From: Chloroflexota bacterium
GTDB taxonomy: Bacteria; Chloroflexota; Limnocylindria; P2-11E
DNA length: 64,000 bases
Reading direction: 5' to 3'
Assembly (NCBI GenBank): GCA_005881885.1
Contig: VBDX01000128.1
Coordinates: forward strand, 27,809-91,808
Shown here: positions 10,032 through 19,527 of the stretch, piece after piece
Layout of the letters: each line of letters starts with the position of its first letter
How positions within the stretch are numbered: the first letter of the stretch is position 1
Made by a program: the position numbers and the translations under genes
Notes under the pieces: model-generated
What the model was told of the DNA's origin: nothing
The model's input: the letters and a program-made list of their open reading frames with translations, nothing else
Databases searched by the model: none

Positions 10032-10217
10032 CTACTCGCCGTCGAGCGTGTTACCGATGGTGAGCTCGCGCATCCAGTCCTCGAGCAGCCTGCCCATGCG
10101 ATCGATCGGTACTGGGGCGCTCTTCGACACGCGGCGGTAGCGCGGCGGTTCGGGAAGCGGCCGCGCCGCCCAGTGCCCCGCCTGTACGCGAGCGAGATCC
10201 TGAGCGGTCGCGGCCAT
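10032..10217 (-). CDS. 61-aa hypothetical protein directly downstream of glnA
   Basis: Strong SD (AGGAGGG) overlapping the glnA stop; fills the intergenic gap. Confidence 0.7.
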   Translation of the reverse strand: MAATAQDLARVQAGHWAARPLPEPPRYRRVSKSAPVPIDRMGRLLEDWMRELTIGNTLDGE

Positions 10218-10231
10218 CTTCTCGGTCCCTC

Positions 10232-11698
10232 CTAAACGTCCGAATACAGGTAGAACTCGTACGGGTGCGGACGGAGCGCGACTTCCTTCGCGCTGGCGCG
10301 CTTGATCGAGAGCCAGGCCTCGATGAGATCTTCGGTGAACACGTTCCCGCGCATGAGGAAGTCACGATCGGCGTCAAGCGCGTCGAGCACTTCTTCGAGC
10401 GAGCCCGGTGTTTGCTTCACACGCTTCTTCGCTTCGCCCTCGAGCTCGTAAAGGTCGACGTCCATCGGCGTTGGCGGCTCGATCCGGTTGATCACGCCGT
10501 CGAGACCGGCCATGAGGCAGGCCGAGAACGAGAGGTACGGGTTGCATGACGGATCGGGCGCGCGGAACTCGAGGCGGCGCGCCTCCGGCTTGTCGAAGTA
10601 CGTCGGGATGCGCACGCACGCGGAGCGGTTCCGCATCGAGTACACGAGGTTGATCGGCGCCTCGTACCCGGGGACGAGTCGGCGGTAGCTGTTTGTGGTC
10701 GGAGCGGCGAACGCGAGGATCGCCGGCGCGTGCTTCAAGAGTCCGCCGATGTAGTGACGCGCGGTCGTGGAGAGAAGTGCGTAGCCCTCCCGGTCGTAGA
10801 AAAGGTTCGATCCGTTCTTCCAGAGGCTCTGGTGCGTGTGCATCCCCGAGCCGTTGTCGCCGAAGAGCGGCTTGGGCATGAACGTGACGACGTAGCCGTT
10901 CTTCGCGGCAACGTTCTTGGTCACGTACTTGTACTTGAGGACCTTGTCCGCCATCTCCACGAGCGTGGAGAAGCGCATGTCGATCTCGGTCTGGCCGGCC
11001 GTGCCCACCTCGTGGTGGTGGACCTCGACGGCGATGCCCGCATCGATGAGCGCGCGGACCATCTTCGAGCGAAGGTCTTGGAGCTTGTCCGTCGGCGGGA
11101 CCGGGAAGTAGCCCTCCTTGTAGCGCGGCCGGTGCGCGAGGTTCGACACCCCGCCGTCCTTGCCGGAGTTCCAGATGCCTTCCTCGGAGTCGATGTAGTA
11201 GTAACCGCTGTTCTGGGTCTGATCGAAACGGACCGAGTTGAAGATGTAGAACTCGATCTCCGGTCCCCAGAACGACGTATCGGCGATGCCCGTGGTCGGG
11301 AGGAATTCCTCCGCCTTCTTCGCGACATACCGCGGGTCGCGCGAGTACGGCTTTCGGGTCAGTGGGTCGATGACATCGCAGGTGATGTTCAGTGTCTTGA
11401 TCTCGAGGACCGGATCGATGAAGACGGCGTTCGCGTCGGGCATGAGGAGCATGTCGCTCTCGTGAATGTGCTGGAAGCCGCGGATGGACGATCCGTCGAA
11501 CCCGATGCCGTCGGCGAAGAGGCCCTCCGAGAGCTCTTCGACCGGGATCGAGAAGTGCTGCTGCGTACCCGGCAGGTCGACGAAGCGCAGGTCGACGATC
11601 TTGACCTGCTGGTCCTTCGCGAGCTTGAGGATGTCTTTGGGCGAGGTCTTCGGTTGCGCGGGTGCCGCCGTCGCGGGCCGCTCCATCGTCAGCGTCAT
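10232..11698 (-). CDS. glnA: Glutamine synthetase type I
   Basis: [43 protein letters not shown], adenylylation-site-like DLYEL; start at the ATG after a GGGGAG SD. Confidence 0.97.
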   Translation of the reverse strand: MTLTMERPATAAPAQPKTSPKDILKLAKDQQVKIVDLRFVDLPGTQQHFSIPVEELSEGLFADGIGFDGSSIRGFQHIHESDMLLMPDANAVFIDPVLEIKTLNITCDVIDPLTRKPYSRDPRYVAKKAEEFLPTTGIADTSFWGPEIEFYIFNSVRFDQTQNSGYYYIDSEEGIWNSGKDGGVSNLAHRPRYKEGYFPVPPTDKLQDLRSKMVRALIDAGIAVEVHHHEVGTAGQTEIDMRFSTLVEMADKVLKYKYVTKNVAAKNGYVVTFMPKPLFGDNGSGMHTHQSLWKNGSNLFYDREGYALLSTTARHYIGGLLKHAPAILAFAAPTTNSYRRLVPGYEAPINLVYSMRNRSACVRIPTYFDKPEARRLEFRAPDPSCNPYLSFSACLMAGLDGVINRIEPPTPMDVDLYELEGEAKKRVKQTPGSLEEVLDALDADRDFLMRGNVFTEDLIEAWLSIKRASAKEVALRPHPYEFYLYSDV

Positions 11699-11764
11699 CT
11701 GCAACTCCCCACGGGTTATGTCCGAACAAGCGTCTAGCCAGCGGTGTGCGAGGTGAACTGCCGG

Positions 11765-11788
11765 TTCGGTCGTGATTGGGTCGTGATT
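11765..11788 (-). promoter_or_regulatory. Tandem direct-repeat box (AATCACGACC x2, 11-bp period) upstream of glnA
   Basis: GGTCGTGATT at 11768-11777 and 11779-11788; shares CACGACCGAA with the amtB upstream region. Confidence 0.6.
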
Positions 11789-11827
11789 CAGTAGCGGAGG
11801 TCGCACTGGTTCCCGGCCGACCGTCAG

Positions 11828-11863
11828 TTGACACTTACGTAAGTCTATGCTTACGCTTCCCCC
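11828..11863 (+). promoter_or_regulatory. Sigma70-type leaderless promoter with palindromic operator for the ArsR gene
   Basis: TTGACA-N18-TACGCT-N6-ATG; perfect palindrome ACTTACGTAAGT at 11833-11844. Confidence 0.75.
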
Positions 11864-12199
11864 ATGGACGCCTTCGCCGCGCTCGGAGAACCGCGGCGGC
11901 GCGAGATCCTCCGACTCGTCTCCGCGGCCGAGCTCTCGGTCGGGGAGATCGCGCGCCGCTTCGAGGTCACCCGGCCGGCGATCTCACAGCACCTGCGTGT
12001 CCTGAAGGAGGCGGGCCTCGTGACCGAGCGCCGAAACGGCACGAAGCGCCTGTATCGCGCGCGCCCGGAGACCATCGCCGAGCTTCGCGCGTATCTCGAA
12101 GCGTTCTGGGACGACAGCCTCAGGTCTTTGAAAGCCGCCGCGGAGCAAGAGGAACAACAAAGGAGGACAAGGCATGGCCGTCGACACGAAAGTCATTGA
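11864..12199 (+). CDS. ArsR/SmtB family transcriptional regulator
   Basis: [37 protein letters not shown]. Confidence 0.92.
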   Translation: MDAFAALGEPRRREILRLVSAAELSVGEIARRFEVTRPAISQHLRVLKEAGLVTERRNGTKRLYRARPETIAELRAYLEAFWDDSLRSLKAAAEQEEQQRRTRHGRRHESH

Positions 12200-12629
12200 G
12201 CGCGTCATCACGATCCAAGCGCCGCCCGAGACCGTATTTCGTCTCCTGACGGATCCGGTGCAGTACGTCCGCTGGAAGGGCAAGCTCGCCGAGCTCGAGC
12301 CCCGTCCGGGCGGCACGTTCCGAGTCGAATTCGCGAGCACCACGGACGTCGTCACTGGCAAGTTCGTCGAGGTCATCCCGGGACGGCGCGTCGTCTTCAC
12401 CTGGGGCTGGGAGGGGAGCGAGGTCGTGCCCGCCGGCGCGAGCACGGTCGAGATCGACCTCGAGCGCGAAGGAACCGGTACGCGACTGCGCCTCATCCAT
12501 CGCGGGCTTCCGGAGGGCGCGATCGCGAGCCACGCCGCGGGCTGGGACTACTTCCTGCCGCGCCTCGAGGACGTCGCCGAGGGGAGGCAACCGCGCGAAG
12601 CCGCACACCACACCGACGCCAACGAATAA
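12174..12629 (+). CDS. SRPBCC/AHSA1 domain protein
   Basis: APPETVFRLLTDP...RW, VFTWGW, GWDYFL; typical ArsR partner. Confidence 0.88.
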   Translation: MAVDTKVIERVITIQAPPETVFRLLTDPVQYVRWKGKLAELEPRPGGTFRVEFASTTDVVTGKFVEVIPGRRVVFTWGWEGSEVVPAGASTVEIDLEREGTGTRLRLIHRGLPEGAIASHAAGWDYFLPRLEDVAEGRQPREAAHHTDANE

Positions 12630-12646
12630 AGGGGAGGAATCACCAC

Positions 12647-12994
12647 ATGGGCGCGCCCATCACGCACGTCGAGATCAACACGAAGGAATCGAAGAAGCTC
12701 CAGGACTTCTACAGCAAGCTCTTCGATTGGCACATGGACACGAACAACCCGATGGGCTACGCGATGGTCGACACGCACGCCGGGAAGGGCATCGGCGCCG
12801 GGATCGGGCAGTCACAGAACGGCCGGAACTTCGTGACGTTCTACGTCGACGTCACCGATCTCGAAGGCACTCTGAAGAAGGCTGAAGGCCTCGGCGCGAA
12901 GACCGTGCTCAAGCCGACGCAGACCGGCCCGGTCACCGTCGCGATGTTCGCCGACCCCGAGGGCAACGTCATCGGACTCGCCAAGGGCATGTGA
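12647..12994 (+). CDS. VOC/glyoxalase family protein
   Basis: HVEI...FYSKLFDW, FYVDV.D, FADPEGNVIGL; GGAGG SD. Confidence 0.9.
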   Translation: MGAPITHVEINTKESKKLQDFYSKLFDWHMDTNNPMGYAMVDTHAGKGIGAGIGQSQNGRNFVTFYVDVTDLEGTLKKAEGLGAKTVLKPTQTGPVTVAMFADPEGNVIGLAKGM

Positions 12995-13066
12995 TCCGCT
13001 GAGGATGCGGGCCGCGGGAGCGTCGAGGCGCGCTCTCGCGGCCGTCGGTGGCACGAAACGGCCGAA

Positions 13067-13086
13067 ATCAGATTGTCTGATATGCT
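13067..13086 (+). promoter_or_regulatory. Inverted-repeat operator and -10 box of the vapBC locus
   Basis: ATCAGA-N3-TCTGAT overlapping TATGCT, 7 nt before the GTG start. Confidence 0.65.
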
Positions 13087-13093
13087 TGGCCGT

Positions 13094-13387
13094 GTGGCGA
13101 AACGGATCACCGCAACCGAGGCGTCGCGGAGCTTTTCGGAGATTCTCGACGCGGTGGAGCATCGAAGCGAGGAGTTCCTCGTCGAGCGGCACGGCAGACC
13201 CATAGCCGCGGTTACGCCCGCGCGCGGGGTGACGCCGACACGCGCGACGTGGGCCGATGTGCTTCGTCTCTTCCATGAGGGTCCGCAACCCGATCCAAGG
13301 TTCGCGCGTGACATGGCCCGCATCCTCCGATCGCGGCCGGCCATGCCGAAGGATCCGTGGGGACGATCCTCGACACGTCGGTCCTGA
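13094..13387 (+). CDS. Phd/YefM family antitoxin
   Basis: ITATEASRSFSEILDAVE...FLVERHGRPIA. Confidence 0.85.
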   Translation: MAKRITATEASRSFSEILDAVEHRSEEFLVERHGRPIAAVTPARGVTPTRATWADVLRLFHEGPQPDPRFARDMARILRSRPAMPKDPWGRSSTRRS

Positions 13388-13743
13388 TCGACATCGAGCG
13401 CGGCGCACGGGCGCTCGCGTCGGCTGAGGACGTCGCGATCGCCGCAATCACAGCGTCCGAGCTCCTTCAAGGAGTTCTGCGCGCTGACGATCAGCATCGG
13501 CTGCAACGGGAATCGTTCGTGGAAGGGATCCTCGCGACGGTCCCGACCATTCCGTTCTCATTGCGTATCGCCCGCGTACACGCCGAGCTTTGGGCACAGC
13601 AAATTGCGGCCGGCCGCAAGCTCGAGGCGCACGATCTGTTGGTGGCTTCAACCGCCGTCTCGCTCGGCTGGGACCTCGCGACTCTTAATCGGCGCCACTT
13701 CGCTGGCATCCGTGGCCTGCGGCTGACTCAGCATGGGGCGTAG
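13357..13743 (+). CDS. vapC: PIN-domain (VapC) toxin
   Basis: ILDTSVLI, ITASELLQG, HDLLVASTA, TLNRRHF. Confidence 0.88.
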   Translation: MGTILDTSVLIDIERGARALASAEDVAIAAITASELLQGVLRADDQHRLQRESFVEGILATVPTIPFSLRIARVHAELWAQQIAAGRKLEAHDLLVASTAVSLGWDLATLNRRHFAGIRGLRLTQHGA

Positions 13744-13767
13744 CAAGCTCACCGACTTCTCGACGGT

Positions 13768-13788
13768 CGCCACGACCGAATCGCAACC
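13768..13788 (+). promoter_or_regulatory. Direct-repeat box upstream of amtB matching the glnA box
   Basis: cgcCACGACC-g-AATCgCaACC, 11-bp period; 7/10 and 8/10 matches to AATCACGACC. Confidence 0.5.
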
Positions 13789-13843
13789 TTCGTAGCGCCC
13801 ATCCGTCGCTGACCGGGGCATGCCGGTCGCTCAGGCTTCCGGC

Positions 13844-15067
13844 ATGGACAAGATCAACGCTGGCGACACCGCCTGGCTTCTCGCGTCGGCCGCGCTCGTC
13901 ATGCTCATGACCCCGGCGCTCGGGTTCTTCTACGGCGGCCTCGTCCGGCGGAAGAACGTCCTCGCGACGATTATGCACAGCTTCTTCATCCTCTGCCTCA
14001 TCAGCGTGCAGTGGGTCCTCTGGGGCTACACGCTCGCGTTCGGTCCGGATATCGGTGGGATCATCGGCGGCCTCGACTGGGCGGCGCTCAGAGGCGTCGG
14101 CCAGGACCCGGGTCCGTACGCGCCGACCGTCCCGCACGAGGCGTACATGGTCTTCCAGATGATGTTCGCGGTCATCACGCCGGCGCTCATCACCGGGGCA
14201 TTCGCCGAGCGCAAGCGCTTCAAGGCCTTCGTCGTCTTCACGCTGCTCTGGGCGACCTTCGTCTACGACCCGGTCGCGCACTGGGTCTGGGGCGGTGGTT
14301 GGCTCGGTCAGCTCGGCGCGCTCGACTTCGCCGGCGGCACGGTGGTGCACATCACGAGCGGCGTCTCGGCGCTCGTCGCCGCACTTGTCCTCGGCCGTCG
14401 CGTCGGCTTCGGCCGCGAGGCCATGGACCCCCACGACGCGACCATGACCGTCCTCGGCGCGTCACTCCTCTGGTTCGGTTGGTTCGGATTCAACGCCGGG
14501 AGCGCGATCACCGCGGGCGGTCTCGCGGCGAACGCGTTCGTCGTGACGAATACCGCGGCGGCGATGGCCGCGCTCACCTGGATGACGGTCTCGTGGCTCC
14601 ACAAGGGCGCGCCGAGCGTGCTCGGTGCCGCGGCCGGCGCGGTCGCAGGGCTTGTGGCGATCACCCCGGCATCGGGCTATGTCGATGTCTCAGCGTCGAT
14701 CCTCATCGGCCTCGGCGCGGGCATCTTCTGCTACACCGCGATCCAGATCACCAAGCGCTTCAAGGTCGACGACGCGCTCGACGTGTTCGGGGTCCACGGC
14801 GTCGGCGGGGCCTGGGGCGCGCTCGCGACGGGCGTCTTCGCAACCGTCGCGGTGAACAGCGCGGCGAAGGACGGGCTCCTCGCCGGCAACCCCGGGCAGC
14901 TAGGGATCCAGGCGATCGCGGTGCTCGCGTCCATCGCGTACTCGGCGGTCATGACGTTCGTGATCCTGAAGCTCATCGACCTCTTCGTCGGACTGCGCGT
15001 GCCCGAGAGCGAGGAAGTGCTCGGTCTCGACGCGTCGCAACACCGCGAAGCGGCGTACCAGATCTAA
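13844..15067 (+). CDS. amtB: Ammonium transporter
   Basis: GDTAW, LGFFYGGLVR.KN, DFAGGTVVH, WFGWFGFNAGS, DDALDVFGVHG. Confidence 0.97.
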   Translation: MDKINAGDTAWLLASAALVMLMTPALGFFYGGLVRRKNVLATIMHSFFILCLISVQWVLWGYTLAFGPDIGGIIGGLDWAALRGVGQDPGPYAPTVPHEAYMVFQMMFAVITPALITGAFAERKRFKAFVVFTLLWATFVYDPVAHWVWGGGWLGQLGALDFAGGTVVHITSGVSALVAALVLGRRVGFGREAMDPHDATMTVLGASLLWFGWFGFNAGSAITAGGLAANAFVVTNTAAAMAALTWMTVSWLHKGAPSVLGAAAGAVAGLVAITPASGYVDVSASILIGLGAGIFCYTAIQITKRFKVDDALDVFGVHGVGGAWGALATGVFATVAVNSAAKDGLLAGNPGQLGIQAIAVLASIAYSAVMTFVILKLIDLFVGLRVPESEEVLGLDASQHREAAYQI

Positions 15068-15079
15068 AGGAGGGCTCCG

Positions 15080-15190
15080 ATGGAGTTCCTGGCATTCGCA
15101 TCCTTCGCGATCCTGGTGGTCGGTTGGCTCGTGGCTCCGTCGAAGACGGTCACCCCGGTCAGCCACGCGGAGGAGCGCAAAGCGGCATAA
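15080..15190 (+). CDS. 36-aa single-TM small protein after amtB
   Basis: AAGGAGG SD; MEFLAFASFAILVVGWLVAPSKTVTPVSHAEERKAA; absent from the ORF track. Confidence 0.75.
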   Translation: MEFLAFASFAILVVGWLVAPSKTVTPVSHAEERKAA

Positions 15191-15216
15191 GCGCCGCGAC
15201 CCATATTTGGTCGACT

Positions 15217-15250
15217 GAGGACCAGGCTCCGCGAGGGGCTTGGTCCTCTT
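15217..15250 (+). terminator. Hairpin ending the amtB-small ORF transcript
   Basis: GAGGACCAGGCTCC/GGGGCTTGGTCCTC stem with a short T run. Confidence 0.6.
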
Positions 15251-15293
15251 CGTGTCCAGCGCTCGGCGTACACTCGAACGCGTACAACTGAAT

Positions 15294-15386
15294 ACGACGG
15301 GGGAGCGCCCGACGAAAGGGGCGCTGAGAGTGCGGATAGCCGCAGACCCCAGAACCTGATCTGAGTAATGTCAGCGTAGGGAGTCG
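15294..15386 (+). ncRNA. TPP riboswitch
   Basis: GGGAG..GCTGAGA...ACCC..GAACCTGATC..TAATG..AGCGTAGGGA consensus, upstream of thiamine genes. Confidence 0.95.
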
Positions 15387-15406
15387 AGAGGCGTGAAACC
15401 ACCTAC

Positions 15407-15436
15407 GAGCGGCGCTCAGGGCGCCGCTTTTGTTTT
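15407..15436 (+). terminator. Riboswitch expression-platform intrinsic terminator
   Basis: GAGCGGCGC-tcagg-GCGCCGCTT followed by TTGTTTT. Confidence 0.8.
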
Positions 15437-15464
15437 GCCGGGGTCCAGTCGGGGGTCGAAACCC

Positions 15465-15488
15465 GGGGGACGGGGGGCAGAGCCCCCC
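15465..15488. repeat. GC-rich palindromic REP-like element
   Basis: GGGGGACGGGGGGCAGAGCCCCCC; related copies at 3162-3185 and 58990-59013. Confidence 0.55.
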
Positions 15489-15494
15489 GCTCGC

Positions 15495-16142
15495 ATGACG
15501 GCGGTCGTGGTCGCGCACGGCGACGTTCTACCTTCGGATCGCGCTGCGATCGATGACAAGGACCTCGTGGTCGCGGCGGACGGCGGCGCCCTCGTCCTCG
15601 AGCGCTGGAAGATCCTTCCCCATCTGGTCGTGGGCGACATGGACTCGCTCGGCGACGCGGGCGTGGAGCGCCTCGCGCGGCAGGGCATCGGCGTCGCGAA
15701 GTTCCCCGCGGCGAAAGACGAGTCCGATCTCGAGCTCGCCGTCGCGCACGCCATCGCGGCGGGAGCGAAGGAGATCGTCCTCCTCGGCGCGCTCGGGGGT
15801 CCGCGCCTCGACCACGAGACCGCGAACCTGCTGCTCCTCGCCGATCCGGGGTACGACGGCGTTCAGATCGAGGCACGACGCGGCGCGATGCGCGTCCGGG
15901 CGCTGCGCGGCGCCGGATCGCTCACGCTCGAGGGTCCGGTGGGCACCCTCGTCACGCTGCTGCCCGTGGCAGGCGACGCGGAGGGGGTGCGAACCGAAGG
16001 GCTCCGCTATCCCCTCGCAAGCGAGACGCTCCGACTGGGCAAGTCCCGCGGCCTGAGCAACGAGATCGCGGCGTCGCCGGCGAAGGTCTCGCTCGACATC
16101 GGAACGCTTCTTGTTTTCGAGACCCCACCGGGAGGTGCATGA
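15495..16142 (+). CDS. thiN: Thiamine diphosphokinase
   Basis: AADGGA, VGDMDS, KDESDLELA, GALGGPRLDH, GLRYPL, RGLSNE. Confidence 0.93.
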   Translation: MTAVVVAHGDVLPSDRAAIDDKDLVVAADGGALVLERWKILPHLVVGDMDSLGDAGVERLARQGIGVAKFPAAKDESDLELAVAHAIAAGAKEIVLLGALGGPRLDHETANLLLLADPGYDGVQIEARRGAMRVRALRGAGSLTLEGPVGTLVTLLPVAGDAEGVRTEGLRYPLASETLRLGKSRGLSNEIAASPAKVSLDIGTLLVFETPPGGA

Positions 16143-16143
16143 C

Positions 16144-16758
16144 GTGACGCAAGTGCGAACCGAGTCCCAGGACACGCAAGCCGAAGCGCCGCCATTCTTC
16201 GGCGCGCGCATCTCGCTCCATCCGATGACCGACCGCTACGGGCCGGTGATCCTCGAGGCGATCGAAGGTCTCCGGGACACCGGGCTCGAGGTTGAGACCG
16301 ACGACGTGAGCACGTTCATCGGCGGCGACCGCAACCGTGTCTTCCGCGAGCTCGAGCGCATATTCGCCACTGCCGCGCGGACCGGCGAGCACGTCGTCAT
16401 GACCGTTCTTCTCTCCCATGGCTGCCCCGGCGAGACGTACTGCGAAGCGACCGGAGAAGTACGCATGCCCGGGCCGACGAAGGCGAGCCCAGGCAAGAGC
16501 GGTGTCGACGTGAGCGCGCAGTGGTCGCTCTACCCGCTCGGCAGCGAGGGTTACATGCAGGTCATCTACCGCGAGATCGACCGTACGAAGACGGCCGGCG
16601 TGTTTGCGAAGGGCGCGCACTTCGTCTCCACGCTGCATGGCGACCTGGCCGACGTGCTGGGCGCGATCCGCACGTCCTTCGACGCAGCGTGCGCGGACAC
16701 CGGGCACGTCGTCGCACACGCCACCTTGTCCGCGAACAGTCCCTCTGGGAGGTCGTGA
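16144..16758 (+). CDS. ykoF: YkoF-type thiamine/HMP-binding protein
   Basis: Duplicated SLHPM/SLYPL domains, HVV..TLSANSPS; TPP operon context. Confidence 0.85.
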   Translation: MTQVRTESQDTQAEAPPFFGARISLHPMTDRYGPVILEAIEGLRDTGLEVETDDVSTFIGGDRNRVFRELERIFATAARTGEHVVMTVLLSHGCPGETYCEATGEVRMPGPTKASPGKSGVDVSAQWSLYPLGSEGYMQVIYREIDRTKTAGVFAKGAHFVSTLHGDLADVLGAIRTSFDAACADTGHVVAHATLSANSPSGRS

Positions 16759-16759
16759 C

Positions 16760-17869
16760 ATGCGCAGCTTCTCCATCGCCCGCGCGGTCGCGCTCGTGGG
16801 CGCGCTCGTCGCGCTCATCGCGTTCTTCCTGCCCTGGGTCATCTACGCCCGGCAGAGCTTCAGCGGCGCCGAGCTCGCGAGCACGCTCTCGCCGGCGCTC
16901 GCTTCGGTCAAGGGCGGCGGGATCAAAGGGCTCGACCTGGGCCTCTGGGCGGTCGCGCTCGCGGCGGCGCTCGCGGCGGTCTTCGTGCTCGTCTCGTGGG
17001 CGCGTGCAGCGGATCCGACCGAGGGCCGCTACCGACTCTGGGCCGCGGCCGCGGCGATCACGGGCCTCGCCTTCGGGATGCTGTTTCTGGCGAGCGGTCT
17101 GCTGGGCGGGACGCCGGATATCAACTTCGCGCCCGCCGCGATCCGCACCGACAACGCGGTGAAGGCCACGGTCGCGAAGGCGATCGGCGCGGGCGATTTC
17201 GTCGGCATCGGCGTCGGTGTGTATCTGGCGATCGTCGGCTTCGCAGCGGCCGCGATCGGCGCGATCCTCGCGCGCCCGGCGCGTGACGAGCGCGTCTGGC
17301 GAACGCAGGACTACGTGCTCCTGGCGATCCTCGCGGTCGTGTTCGGGGCGATCTACTGGGCCTGGCTCGGCCCCTACCTGGGCATCGAGACGATCCTCGC
17401 CGGCGTCAGCGCGCAGTTCGGACAGGAGCTCCTCTTCGGGCTCTGGTTCGTCAGCGGTCTGCTCGGTGGATACATCATTCGCCGGCCCGGCGCCGCGTTC
17501 CTCTCCGAGACGCTCGCCGCATTCGCCGAGGTGCTCCTTGGCGCGCCGGCGGGCCCCGTGCTCATCGTCACCGGCTTCATGCAGGCGCTCGGTCCCGAGC
17601 TCACGTTCGCCGCGACCGGCTACCGGCGCTGGGGCTGGGGCACGATGGCCGTCGCGGGCATCGCGGCCGGCGTCGTCGCGCTCCCCTGGAATTGGCTGCG
17701 CCTCGGTTACTTCGCCCTCGACCCGGGCGTCATGGCCGGACTCTTCATCACCCGCGTCGTCGCCGGCGCGCTCGCCGGACTGGCGGCGAAGGCGATCGGC
17801 GATCTCGTGGCGGCGACCGGCTCGCTCAACTACTTCGCGCTGGGCCGGGAGCGAGTGCAGGAAGTGTGA
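16760..17869 (+). CDS. ECF transporter S component (YkoE-like) with extra N-terminal membrane domain
   Basis: C-terminal WRTQDYVLLAILAVVFG...GLWF...IRRPGAAF..ETLAA..E; about 175-aa hydrophobic N-terminal extension. Confidence 0.85.
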   Translation: MRSFSIARAVALVGALVALIAFFLPWVIYARQSFSGAELASTLSPALASVKGGGIKGLDLGLWAVALAAALAAVFVLVSWARAADPTEGRYRLWAAAAAITGLAFGMLFLASGLLGGTPDINFAPAAIRTDNAVKATVAKAIGAGDFVGIGVGVYLAIVGFAAAAIGAILARPARDERVWRTQDYVLLAILAVVFGAIYWAWLGPYLGIETILAGVSAQFGQELLFGLWFVSGLLGGYIIRRPGAAFLSETLAAFAEVLLGAPAGPVLIVTGFMQALGPELTFAATGYRRWGWGTMAVAGIAAGVVALPWNWLRLGYFALDPGVMAGLFITRVVAGALAGLAAKAIGDLVAATGSLNYFALGRERVQEV

Positions 17870-19527
17870 CCTCCGCGTTCGCGCGCGCCGAGTCGCTCAC
17901 CATCCGTCACGTGGGGCGGAAGCGGCCGGCGCTCCGCGACCTGGATTTCGCATGGGAGGAGGGCGAGCGGCTCCTCCTGCTCGGCCCGAGCGGTGCCGGG
18001 AAGAGCACGCTCGCGCTCTGCCTGGATGGGGTAATCCCGCACGCGCTCGATGCGCACTGGGAGAGTGGGCGCCTGACCGTGAATGGCCGCGACACGCGCA
18101 GCGCATCGCTCGCCGAGCTCACGCAGGAGGTGGGCGTCCTCTTCCAGGACCCCGAGACCCAGCTCGTGATGCTCGAGACCGACGACGAGATCGCCTTCGG
18201 GCTCGAAAACCTCGGCCTACCGCGGGACGAGATGGCCGAGCGCATCGTGGAAGCTCGCGCGTCCACCGGCCTCGGGCCCGCGACACCGCGACGGCTTGAT
18301 GCCCTCTCCGGCGGGACGAAGCAACGCGTGGCCCTCGCCTCGCTTTTGGCCATGCGGCCTCGAGCGCTCGTGCTCGACGAGCCGACGGCGAATCTGGATC
18401 CGATCGGCGCGCGCGAGGTCATCACCGCGGTCGCCGCGCTCGCTATTCGGCGCGAGCGCTCGTTCCTTGTGGTCGAGCACCGCCTCGACCCGCTCCTCCG
18501 ATTCATCGATCGAGTCGCGGTGCTCGGGGACGACGGCAGGCTCGCGCTCGCCGGCGATCCCGAAACGGTGTTCATGCGACGCGCCGACGAGCTCGATCGA
18601 CTCGGGGTCTGGCAGCCCGAACTCGCCGAGCTCGCTCGACTCCTAGGCGCGGAGGAGATGCCAGGCGACGTCGACGAGGCTGCGGACCTCCTCATCGATC
18701 GGTGGCCGCGCGGCGCTTCGGCCCCGCGCGAGGCACACGTGCCTGGACGGATCACCGTCGCCGCGCGCGGCGTGGCGCACCGTTACCGCGGAGACGACCG
18801 TGATGCGGTGACTGGTGCGTCGCTCGAGCTGCACGAAGCCGAGATCTCCGCGATCGTCGGCGCCAACGGCGCGGGGAAGAGCACGCTCGGCCTGCTCCTC
18901 GCCGGTGTATTACGTCCTTCGCGTGGGATGGTCGACGCGACCGCCGACGTCGCGTATGTCTTCCAGTATCCCGAACGTGGCTTCCTTGCAGCAACCGTCC
19001 GCGGTGAGATGCGCTACGCCGCTACCACCGGCCGCCAGATCGCGCGCGATCCAGATGTCCTTCTCGAGCGCTTCGGCCTAGCGCGTCTCGCGGAAGCGAA
19101 TCCGCACTCGCTCTCGCACGGCGAGAAACGGCGGCTGTCCGTCGCGAGCGCTCTCGTCACCAGCCCGGCCGTGCTGATCCTCGACGAGCCGACGTTCGGC
19201 CAGGACCTTCGGAACACGCGCGAACTCATGACGATCCTGCGCGAGGAACGCGACCGCGGGACGACGGTCGTTCTCATCACGCACGACCTCTCGCTCGTCG
19301 CCGAGCTTGCCGACCGCGCCGTTGCGATGTCCGAGGGCAGGATCGGCTTCGACGGGACGCCCGCGGAGCTCTTCGCGCGCGCGGATCTTGCGAGGTTCGG
19401 GCTGGCGCTGCCTCCTGTGGCCGACGCGTTCGCGCGCGCCGGAGCGCGAGACAGCTCGATCTCGCCGGTCACCGGGCTTGGCGCGGCACGCGAAGCGCTC
19501 GCCTCGCGGGAGCTGGTGCGCCTGTGA
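17866..19527 (+). CDS. ECF transporter duplicated ATPase (YkoD-like)
   Basis: Two Walker A motifs (GPSGAGKST, GANGAGKST), LSGG/LSHG signatures, LDEPT; GTGA overlap. Confidence 0.92.
   Translation: MTSAFARAESLTIRHVGRKRPALRDLDFAWEEGERLLLLGPSGAGKSTLALCLDGVIPHALDAHWESGRLTVNGRDTRSASLAELTQEVGVLFQDPETQLVMLETDDEIAFGLENLGLPRDEMAERIVEARASTGLGPATPRRLDALSGGTKQRVALASLLAMRPRALVLDEPTANLDPIGAREVITAVAALAIRRERSFLVVEHRLDPLLRFIDRVAVLGDDGRLALAGDPETVFMRRADELDRLGVWQPELAELARLLGAEEMPGDVDEAADLLIDRWPRGASAPREAHVPGRITVAARGVAHRYRGDDRDAVTGASLELHEAEISAIVGANGAGKSTLGLLLAGVLRPSRGMVDATADVAYVFQYPERGFLAATVRGEMRYAATTGRQIARDPDVLLERFGLARLAEANPHSLSHGEKRRLSVASALVTSPAVLILDEPTFGQDLRNTRELMTILREERDRGTTVVLITHDLSLVAELADRAVAMSEGRIGFDGTPAELFARADLARFGLALPPVADAFARAGARDSSISPVTGLGAAREALASRELVRL

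Noticed and set aside
11699-11764. Glutamine riboswitch in the glnA leader
   Set aside because: No recognisable glnA-motif consensus or structure by eye
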